Origin: Yuukianura sp. NJ FZ-2021
Lineage: Eukaryota
Reading direction: 5' to 3'
NCBI GenBank assembly: GCA_046563655.1
Contig: CM102287.1
Span: forward strand, 3,658,001 to 3,722,000
DNA: 64,000 nucleotides
Below the pieces are notes generated by a model. It saw only the letters and a program-made list of their open reading frames with translations. It did no database searches and was not told the origin of the DNA. Position 1 is the stretch's first letter. Every line of letters starts with the position of its first letter. Shown here one piece after another: positions 11,821 through 22,369 of this stretch. The position numbers and the translations under genes are program-made.

Positions 11821-12417
11821 TCAGAAAGCATCAGCTTGTTCCCGAGAACTGCTGCAGCAGATTACTTTTTCCCACGACAAGCTGTTGGGTCCGGGTTCCA
11901 TCAGCAATCCACATACCTTTATACTTGTCCCGCGACGACCTCTATCACTGTTATAACACCTATCTGAGGAGCATCTTCCATGTCCATCACTGGCCGCATT
12001 TAATCCATAATAGCCTCGACTGCAAAACTGGAAAGATTGAACCCCACCATCATAAGTATTCGCGACGCAAGTGTAAACATTCTCTATATTTGAATTGGAT
12101 GTTGAGACACAGATAGATGAAGCGCCAAGAATTTGGGTATATGTTTTGCCAATCGCTGGAGGTTTCTCTGAGCATAGTATACCATCCAAGAACTTTCCGC
12201 GCACAAAAGTGGTGGGAGGGCATATGTACGCACGAAGCATTTCAGCTCTGTTGTAAAATACACCCAAGTTGTCGTCGATTAACCAATAAGTGAAATCTCC
12301 AAATTCTGATGCGGTATATAAAGCCTCCGGGATTTCCTTTCCGTTGGTAATAAGATGGTTTGTAGCGTTGGAAATATCGTTCGTGAGTACTGAGATCGAC
12401 ATCGTCCTTGAAAAACC
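11821..12417 (-). CDS. Cys-rich family member A, terminal coding exon (about 198 aa); 5' exon uncertain (candidate 12524-12504, MRIRKYW)
   Basis: Open frame after a polypyrimidine/TAG acceptor (12418-12420). Motifs YICPPTTFVRG..GILCS and VCG..VICCS are shared with the units at 29.9, 41.2 and 46.9 kb. Confidence 0.65.
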   Translation of the reverse strand, partial: GFSRTMSISVLTNDISNATNHLITNGKEIPEALYTASEFGDFTYWLIDDNLGVFYNRAEMLRAYICPPTTFVRGKFLDGILCSEKPPAIGKTYTQILGASSICVSTSNSNIENVYTCVANTYDGGVQSFQFCSRGYYGLNAASDGHGRCSSDRCYNSDRGRRGTSIKVCGLLMEPGPNSLSWEKVICCSSSREQADAF

Positions 12418-12986
12418 CTACAACCAGCAAATAAAAACAATGAATCAAAGAGCGTCGTGTAAAGATGGGATTATAAACCCCAGGAGAAACTTATTTATAG
12501 TACCCAATATTTTCTGATTCGCATGTTTTTTGGCATCAAGCGTCTTAACAGAACTTGTGGAAGTTAAGAGTCAGTAGTGTCTAACACATTGGCGCCAGAG
12601 AACTAGAGGTTCCTCTATCCCAATTTTCCCAAGGGTAAGTTCGGATAAAGGTTTAATACTATTAGTGAGTCGAATTATTCCTTATGTAATGAACAATTTT
12701 CATTATTTACGAGTTAAGGTCTTGGAATAAATTTTGTTACCGTTCGAACATATTGCTCATGCTTGTTCTGGGGTAGGAGTGACCTTGGCTACTTATCAAT
12801 TTGGCAGTTTTACCGTCAAGCTAATTAATTTACTGGCTCAAGGTAGTCGGCTACCCTTCGGGGCAGCAGATGCTTTTGTAGTAGAGCCATTTTGAGCTAC
12901 TTTTAAAAATGGTTTAAACTTTACCCTAATTTACCCTAATTTTGTACTTTTGCCTGCAGCTTCGACGTGTCGTTAGGTTTCGTGCT

Positions 12987-15114
12987 TTGGGTGACTAACT
13001 CCCACCCCCCTAGCCCTCTTTTCTTTTGTACTTTTTTGCAACTTTTTATGTTTGGGTTTTTGGTCCATGCTCACTATGGACTTGAGAGTTTAATTAGTTT
13101 TTAAAAATAATTTATAAAAATACTTTGCGGTTTTGTGGTTTAAGTTCAAGTTCCTACCTGAAAAATCCTCTCTTCTTTGCACTTTTATGCAACGTTATAG
13201 TTTTGGTTTATAGCTTGGGCTCATTTTAAACTTAGCATTTAATTTGGCTTTTAATTTTTTTTTGTGTTTGAAAATACTACTTTCCCTGAACCTATTTTTC
13301 TCGGAAACCTTTTTAAATCGTAAATTCTCAAAAATGTTTCTTTCCATGCATCAGGTTCCTTTCTAACCAGCTTTCGAAAATATTTTGAGATGACAGAAGA
13401 CCTAACCTACAGGTTCGTGTTGCACGTTTGCGGTTTCTTAATTGCCGATTACTTTCGTGTCGCGATCGCTAATTTGAACGCACGAAAAAAGTTCAAGCAA
13501 TGAAAACTTTTACCTTTCTAGTAGATTGACTCGTGTTCAAATTGCAAACTTGACCGTAATTTGCAAGAACAAGGGCATTGGCGGGAGGTCTGCCAGTAGC
13601 TTTTCGCTAAGTGAATAACGTTTTGCTCACCGCAAAACCATTACGTGACCATTTCAATGCTGCAATTTGACTGGTCAGCGTTTCCGACACAGTACACTTA
13701 CTACTATGCTAGTTATTTATGACCCGAGGAGTTGGTGGTACGCAAGCTTCTGCGACACCCAGTGGTCACTTTAGTACTGGTTTTGTCCAAAATCATAAAT
13801 CTCACCGACTAATCTCTGCCGGTAGACGTCAACCTCGCTTGTGATTGGTCGGCGAGTCCTTCAAAACTGCACTTCCTCAAAAATGGGCGTTGGAATTCGT
13901 TTATCGCAATTTGATTTGCCAAGGACGTTCAAATCGCTGGATTTTAAAAACAAAGGCGTCAACCCGGCTTCTGATTGGTCGACGGGTCGTTGCCCCAGTT
14001 GGCGTGGCCAGTACAATGCTGAAATTTGATTGGTCAAAATCCCTACCCGAATACCAATTTCAGCCAATTTGCGTCCAACTCGCTTCTGATTGGTCGACAT
14101 GTCGTTCAAAAATGGCCTAGTCCCACCAATGGGAGTGGCTAGTTGCAAAATGTTTCAAAATTCTCTGCCAATTTTTTTGCTAGTGAATGCAACACACTCG
14201 TGTAATCATAAAAAATGCCACAGCCGGTTCAAAAAGAGCCAACCTAACCAATGTGGTTCAGAAATACTTGCCGTCTCACCGATTCGCTTAAAAACTACTT
14301 TTAAATAAATCCACAGTTAAACTATTGCTTTTATTTAGCTTTAATGTTGTTCGTTTTTATTTTCAAGCAAACCTAACCAAAGTGTACTGTGTCGGAAACG
14401 CTGACCAGTCAAATTGCAGCATTGAAATGGTCACGTAATGGTTTTGCGGTGAGTAAAACGTTATTCACTTAGTGAAAAGCTACTGGCAGACCTCCCGCCA
14501 ATGCCCTTGTGCTTGCAAATTACGGTCAAGTTTGTAATTTGTACACGAGTCAATCAACTCGAAAGGTAAAAGTTTTCATTGGTTGAACTTTTTTCGTGCG
14601 TTCTAATTAGCGATCGCGACACGAAGGTAATCGGCAATTAAGAAACCGCAAACGTGCAAGAAGAACCTGTAGGTTAGGTCTTGTGTCATCTCAAAATATT
14701 TTCGAAAGCTGATTAGAAAGGAACCTGATGCATAGAAAGAGACATTTTTGAGAATTTACTATTTAAAAAGGTTTCCGAGAAAAATAGCTTCAGGGAAAGT
14801 AGTATTTTCAAACACAAAAAAAAATTAAAAGCCAAATTAAATGCTAAGTTTAGAATGAGCCCAAGCTATAAACCAAAACTATAAAGTTGCATAAAAGTGC
14901 AAAGAAGAGACGATTTTTCAGGTAGGAACTTGAACTCAAACCACAAAACCGCAAAATATTTTTATAAATTATTTTTAAAAACTAATTAAGCACCTAAACC
15001 TACAGTGAGCATGGGCCCAAAACCAAACATAAAAAGTTGCACAAAAGTGCAAAAAGAAAAACGTCTTGTGCAAAAGAAAAATGGGGGAGGGAAGGGGGGG
15101 CTTTGTTCACCCAA
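12987..15114. repeat. Foldback-like element: inverted arms of about 700 bp around a spacer of about 680 bp
   Basis: About 12987-13699 is the reverse complement of about 14380-15114 (e.g. GTTTCCGACACAGTACACTT / AAGTGTACTGTGTCGGAAAC). The spacer has repeated GATTGGTC units. No credible ORF. Confidence 0.85.
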
Positions 15115-17280
15115 TACATTGACTGGAATGGCATAAGTTTAGAAAGTATCACGTGACTGTCCAGTGACGACAAAGAGAAAACTAGCTGCTATAACGTACA
15201 TAAAGTGAATAAATTATATAATCTGTTTTGGACAAATTTGGAGCGTATTTGTGGCATCGAATTGTGAGACTGCAAAAATAGCGTCATGTTGTTAAGAAAC
15301 AGAAATGCGCAACCTCTATTGGTAGTTTAGGGACAACTCTTCCACTTTTAATTTTTTCACTTCCAAGTCAAAAGCCAGGAAAAAACACAAACTCAACCAC
15401 GATTAATTAATCGAATTTAACTACACTGCGGCATGTCAATTATTGGTAGTTAGTACTGGTTGGTTCGGTTCGAGTCGGATTGTTGGTTGGTGCGGCATTG
15501 GGGTGCGGGATTCTGGATTGTCGGGCTGGAGTACTCGAGATCAATAACGGGCTGGAGTAGCTGATCAACTGAGGTCAAATTCTTTCTGCTACTACCAGAG
15601 GTAAAAAGGGGGTCAAGTCGTGACCTTGAGTGGCCGGCCGGCCCTTGGTAGGGGAGAAACCCCCTTCTAAGGTGAAATTGCTAAGGGCCCGGGAAAAACG
15701 TAAGGATAGGAACGGAAAAGGGGGGTTAAAGGTAGAGTGGAAGAGTTGCCACTTAAACCACTACGTAAATTTCCTTATCTTACAGAATTTATACATTTGG
15801 AAATTTTAACCGCGTGATGGATAAAAGTGGCGTCGATTCCCTTACGTTACTTGCATAAAGTGTATTGATTTTATAACCACAGGAAAACAAGAAGTTCCAA
15901 AAGTGCAGATTAGTTTTACCGTTTGCGCAATATTTCTAATATTTTTATGCTTAATTCCTGAATCCAAAACGCCCACATGATGTAATATAATATCCCAAAT
16001 ACGTTTTGTTTTGAAAAATTCCATATAAAAAATATATTTTCTTTTTTCATATCACACTTTGCATTTCCTTCAACCGCTCGACGTTACAGTTTTTCGAGGT
16101 ACTACTACGTGCGAATGGGATATGATGCTGACGGAATAGACATGACGTAATTAAGAATCGCCGCTACCAAAGTCAGTTTTTGCACACACACAAAATTATC
16201 TCACTAGCTCCACTTTTGGTCAAAATGTGATTCGCTGTTCAAATTATTTTCTAAAATTTGTTAAAACACACATGGGATGCAGGATTTCAAGAAAAATTTA
16301 TCTCATTGGGAAATAGTTGTACTTCAGAACAGATCTTTGGATTTGTCAAAATCTGTTTAGATTGAGAGACTTTAGTGGTCAAATTCGAAACTCAGAAGAA
16401 AACCATCACACTTAGGTGCACTTACCCTAATTAGGATCGAATGACCAGTTATATTGAGTACTTACATATTGTTTGCGGTAAAACTCGATGACTTCTTTCT
16501 CTTCCCCATGTCTTCCGCCATGTGTTGTCTGAAATAAATAGGTTAATTTAATCTGAGATAATCTAAAGAACTAATCTAACATTATCAGGTCCGGATTTTC
16601 TGCGTCTCTATACTAGGAACTAGTTTCTAACGAATAATTGATTGTGCTTGTGCGTGTGCTAGGTCTTTTGGTATTTTTTCGAAAACGACGCATATTTTTT
16701 CGGTTCAGCTGCTTTTTTTTAGCAAAAAAAGAATTCCGGAATTCGTACTTTTCTGACTCTTATATAAGGTAATCCTAATTCCACAGTAATTCTACTTCTC
16801 ATTTGCCTTCGTCACCTCTATTTTCATAGTTTCATTTATACTTTTGAAGAAAGTAGTGGAAGAATAGTTCCTGCTAGTGTCCATTATGTTAATAAAATAA
16901 TACTATAATACACGAAGTGAGTGGCCCAGATATCAATATTTCGAATGCTTTTCCATCTAAACTAATTGCTGGCGTCGTTGTTACTCCCATATTTTTACAT
17001 GTAGACGCAGAATGAATAGTTAAGTATTCTCCTCTACTATACAATGTTGTTCAGAAAATGTAGGCACAAAAAATCCGAATATAAACTTTAAACTTCGACA
17101 AAAACCCTGCTAAAGCGGCTAAATTATTGCCAGGCAACCTGTACGACTTTGGAATACATTTTGACTGATTTCAGCGCTTTTTAAATTGCGAATTTTCAGC
17201 GCTGTCTTCAAACTCTCTGCACAACAATCCGATGTTTCGCGTCAGTAGATTTCTGGTGCCCTCTGACTCTAAACAAAAAG

Positions 17281-18209
17281 AAAACAAGCTAGGGCGATGC
17301 TCAAGGGTTGAGCATTGGTCTTCTGGAGGTAGTTGGCAATTGATACGGCTTTTAGACCGGCTGTCCGCAAACCCGTCGACGAAAAACGTTAAGAAACCGT
17401 TTTTACTAGATTTATGCAACAAAACATCGCTCATAATTTTCAGTGCAGATGTGGGGCCTTTTGTCCACAATTGCACTAAAATATTAAAAAACCGTTTGCA
17501 TCAAAGTGTTGTTCAACTTAGTTTTCACTCTCTTCAAAATTATTTTGCTGCACACTTGTTCCCAAATATGCACAGATTTCGACATCACAACGTCCATTAC
17601 CGAGCGTCAAAAGAACTGCACAATTTTACATTGATGTGCAATACATGTGCAACATGCACAAAATTGAACGCTGATGAGAGGGTGTCGAATATCGTTTTTT
17701 TTAGAGTCAAAATCGGTTCAAATAAATGCACCATGTGTTATTAAGTGCATAAGTTATAGGGTCGAATATCGCTATTTAAAATCAAAATTTCTTGTGAACG
17801 CAAATTTGAACCTGTCATGCTTTGTTCATATTACACATTTAAGCCGTATTATCTGCCCTATCAGAAGTCCCAACTTAACAACGTAAATTAACATATTGTC
17901 GGAAAATGAGCCGATCAAAACTTTGTTGTTAAAAAATATTTTGAGTGTAATGCAGACCTAACACAAAACTTAGACGACTTAAGAAACAGCAACCCGAAGC
18001 AGCCGCATACTTTGGCGTTGTTAATGTAAGACTTTGAGGGCAATGTGGAGCTAATGCAAATACTTGACCCATACATAACCCCCCGACTGCGATTGGGCTA
18101 ATGTTTCAGTGGAAAGGGTCCTAAAAATGGGACAGACGGGCAGACGGACAAAGTCGTATCAATAGTCTTCTTCAGCACGTCGTAGAAGTGCGTCTCCAGA
18201 AGAATTAAA
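17281..18209 (-). mobile_element. HINE family A, copy 3
   Basis: Reverse-complement 3' stem-loop at about 17297-17315 and 5' hairpin at about 18160-18209. Confidence 0.85.
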
Positions 18210-18706
18210 GTCGACTTTATCGATGCCAACTTAAGTGAACTCCTACACTCCGATGCTTAACATACCTACCTATGCGCCATAATCCTACCACCCACCAACC
18301 AAACCACTATTATATTCCTCCATTCGAGGGCTAAAATGCGTGTGGCTAGGTTAGGTTACATTAGTTAGGTTAAGATATAAAATAGGTTAAGATAGGTTAG
18401 ATTTAAACAAGGTAGGGCAATGCGCAAGGGTTGTGCATAGGTCTTCTGGAGGAAGCTGATAATTGATACGACTTAGATCGGCCGGCCGCAAAACCGTGCA
18501 ACAAAAAGATGAGAAACCCTTTTTATGCATTTCATGCTACAAAACGCCGCTCAAAATTTTCAGTACGGAAATGAGGTCCTGCTTTGTGTATTAGCTGCAC
18601 CAAATTGCCCAATAGCAAAAAAGAATGAAAAAACCGTTTGCATTAAAATGTAAAAATTTAGCTCAGCAAAGTTTTCAAACTCCTCAAAATTGTTTGGTGC
18701 ACAATT

Positions 18707-18924
18707 GAATGGCTTCGCGGAACAAGGGGCAAACTGGAAATCGTTGTTTTGACGTTTTCTTTTTCAATTTTCAAACAAACAAAATCTGGCGAAAAAACGG
18801 TTTTTCAGACCGATTTAGCGGTTTTTTCTTGTCCGATTTCAGCAGAAAAGCCAATACACAACTCGTTGCCCATGGAAACTCAAATTGCAAATTCCAGTTT
18901 GCCCCTTGTTCCGCGAAGCCATTC
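18707..18924. mobile_element. 218-bp AATT-TSD MITE (second copy)
   Basis: Same TIR as 1533-1749. The sister HINE has a single AATT at about 42177-42180 (GTGCACAATTGTTCCC). Confidence 0.9.
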
Positions 18925-19128
18925 AATTGTTCCCAAATATGCACTCGTATTGGCGTGTCGTCTATTACCCAGCGTCAAAATAACTGCATAAATTTACATT
19001 TATGTGCAATAAGTGTGCAACATGCACGAAATTGAACGTTAGAAGGGTGTCGAATATCGTTTCCCTAGAATCAAAATCTGTTCACGTAAATGTAATTCAA
19101 CCACGTAATTCAAAGTTTATGTATCCTG

Positions 19129-20060
19129 GGGTGTATTTCACCACTTTTCATTTTGCACTTTTTTCTCCTCAATTTTCATGTTTTCGAGAAAATTGAGGAG
19201 TGGAGTGTTTCACCATAACAACGTTGCAAAGTGAAAATTGCAAATTGGGGATTGATTTTGAAAAGTGAAAATTGAGGAAATTTTCACTAAAAAAGCGTGA
19301 AGAGTGTTTCACTGCTTTTTCTTTGGCAACAAAAAGTTTGCAAAGTTTTGCACTTTTCAATTTTTTTTGAAGAAGGTCGAGGGCTTCTTCAAAGATTGAA
19401 AAGTGCTTGATTCTTATGAGTTGCCGTCCATTACTGAGCTGTTTGGTCATGAGATGTTGTATTAACGATTGAAATTGACTTACTAATAAGCTTTTTATAC
19501 AAATATAGTCAAATTGACACACACCGCCCCTGCCCAGACCCGGGGGACATCCTCCTTGGGAAAGTACGGAGTCTTCCTGTGAAGCTCCATAAGTGACTGT
19601 CCATAAGGATCCGGGAATTGTTCCTGACATAGAGCAAATGGAGAGTTTCGAAGGTCACCTTAAGGGGTAACGGTCACTGTTGGGCCGATATCCTAATGGA
19701 CGGTCACTAAACGACGGTCGCCAATGCATAGTCTCCAATTGACAGTCACTAATGGACGTTCACTAACGGACGGTGCCCATACCCGGTCACCACAAGTCTA
19801 CTTGGACCTCAACTTTCGATTTGCAGTAGTGCATATCCTTATTAATATTTAAGAGACATAAATGAAGAGTCATCACTCATCACTCTTCATTTTGCTCAGT
19901 TTTTCTTCATCACTTTTCAAAAAAAAAAGTTGAAAACTGCTGAAGGAAATTTGAGGAGCTTGTTGTTATGGTGAAACGCTCCTCATCCTCAATTTGCAAA
20001 AATTGAAAACTGCGGAGTGATTATTGAAAATTGAAAAATGTAAAGTGGTGAAATAGTCCC
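19129..20060. mobile_element. PIF/Harbinger-like non-autonomous element (3-bp TSD CTG)
   Basis: TIR GGGTGTATTTCACCACTTT / AAAGTGGTGAAATAGTCCC. CTG at 19126-19128 and 20061-20063. Empty site TATCCTGGTAT in the sister HINE at about 42383-42393. Confidence 0.7.
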
Positions 20061-22369
20061 CTGGTAATAAGTGCACATCCTGCACAAAATTGAACGTTGA
20101 GGATGAGCCCTCGAATATCATTTGTTTAAAATCGAAATTTCTTGTAAGTATAAATTTGAACCCTGCCAAACACTTTTACATATTATTAATTTAAGCCGGC
20201 TTTTCTATCCTGTAATAAGCCCAATTTTAACAACGTAAATAAGCAGACTGTCAGAAAATGACCAGATCAAAACTTCGTTTTTAAAAAATATTTTGAGTAG
20301 GTAATGCGGACCTAACACAAACTGTTTGAGGACTTAAGAAGCAGGTACGTAATGTGGCCGGCAATTCTTACGTCGTTAATTTATGTCTTTGAGTACAATG
20401 TAGACCTACTAAAAACATCTGTGCTGTACAAAACCCCCCGAACAGAAGGGGCTTATGTTTTAGTGCAAAGAATCCTAAAAAATCAGACGGACGGACAAAG
20501 TCGTATCAATAGTCTTCTTCAGCATGTCGTAGACATGAGTTTCCAGACTAAAACGAAGGTTATCCAAACCATTGATTAGGTTAGATTAGATTAGATTTGA
20601 TTAACATAGCTGTACATTGAACTCATGTTTGACAACTTAGTTTACCTGGAACTCAGCCATCAGCGCGTCCATAACATACTTTACTGCATCATCGTTAACG
20701 TTTCCGTCAATCAATGTCGCTTCCGGTACGCGATTTGGAAAAGTCCTGTGCTCCTGCAATTCAATTGTTGTTTAAGAAATTGTTTCATGTGAGACAGATG
20801 TGTACTGTTAAATCTGCGTACGACACTTGTATATGTTTATATTTCGGTCTTTCTTGTTTAGAAAGGCTTCTCAGAAACTACTTGATGTGTATTTGGCTTT
20901 CACAAAACTGATCTCTGCTTTCATCCCCCTTCCTGCTAGTATTGTATCTTGGAGAGTTGGCGAGAGCAATTTTATGGAGATGCAAGGCTAACCTATCCAG
21001 GACTTGTAATAATCATCGCTACGTGGTGTAACAACAAGCTGCTAACCCTCACCCTACCTCCTTCAGTTTAAACTACTACACTACCTAACGCTACAGTTTG
21101 ATCTAATTCGTCACTTCAGGGGAACAGGAGAGAAAGAACAACAAAAGGAGTTCGTTATCGAAGAACATAAATATTATTGTGGTGCAGTTACTTTGACTTT
21201 CTTTCCACCAAGCTGGCACAACCGGAGCAATATATATATTATAATCAGACAAATTACTACACACATGTCAAGGGCAAGGAGATCAGTTATATCAATTATG
21301 TATCAGCAGGCATTTATGGCAACGACAAACGCTCGAACCCAGGTTGCATAAATCACGCTGTTTGTTTATGTGAGGTTAGTGGAAAGTGTGAAAAGTGGAA
21401 TGGTGAGTACAAGGCTACTGCATTGAAGAAGCTCAATGAACCTATGACTATCATCCAGTGATCAATTTAAAAGGGACGTCTCTAAAGTTTTAACAAATAC
21501 ACTTAGGACCAGATTTAGTCAACAATCTGTGATTTTAACACAGAAAGTTCACTCCCCCAGTACCGTATGGTTTTTAGTAAAGGTTAGGTTCGTAACTTTG
21601 GAAAATACAGATTATTGCATTGGATAATTATATATGATATAAATATATATTTTGTATGTTATAGTGTAGGATAAGTTGGTTATTTCTATTTTTTAATTAA
21701 GACTAACTTTAAATTCCCGCCCTTTAAAACGAAAGGTCAGATTTTCATGAGACTTTGTGGACTTATAGGTTTAAGTGTTTTGTGTATCCCCTATAAGTTA
21801 TAGCTTCGCCACAAGTCGCGTTTCTGTATAGTGGGTGGAGATTGGGTGCGAGGGATAGCGTCCGCGTCTGTCCTCCGGCTATTCTGCTTTTTGGTCTCCC
21901 TTCCCTTTTGTGTGTTCCCATAAGTTTAAGTATAGAATAAGACTAGATTCAGACATTGAAGAGACAACATCTCCCTTTTAAGTTTCTAAGTTGTCAATAA
22001 TTGGATTTAATTGGTAAATACTAATAAACTAGTAAAACTAACAACCATTCGCCTTCAATCGATCAGTCCATTTAGTAGCGTTTGAGAGCCGGCCAAGTTA
22101 CAGAACTCCCATTGATATGACGTAAAGAACGGGTAGTTTTTTAGCGCCATATTCTACATTTGTGGTGACCCTCGGAGTAAACTTGGAGTTGTTGGATCCA
22201 CGCAGCCTTGGAGGATCGTTCTGGAAGGATCACTGGACATCACTTATAAACAACAGTATACGTAGAGGCGACCACTGCCGGAGTGTGGTTAAGCAAGGTG
22301 ATTGTCGCTCCAGTGACGATTGTTAGTATTCTTACTAATTTTGGTTTTGTTTGAATCTTATTTTGAGAC

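Larger units (their letters stand above)
18405..20553 (-). mobile_element. HINE family A, copy 4, with two nested MITEs
   Basis: Both termini are present. It is a close sister of copy 8 (41880-43203), which supplies the empty sites for both inserts. Confidence 0.85.

Noticed and set aside
12242..12448. MIHCFYLLVVGFF.. as the signal peptide of unit A
   Set aside because: It has a TTG start, lies in a different frame, and the hydrophobic run is the intron polypyrimidine tract.
17232..17744. Recurrent ORFs in HINE copies (e.g. ..CQLPPEDLCSTLEH.., 170 aa here) as a gene family
   Set aside because: They are translations of the non-coding repeat; frames and stops vary between copies.
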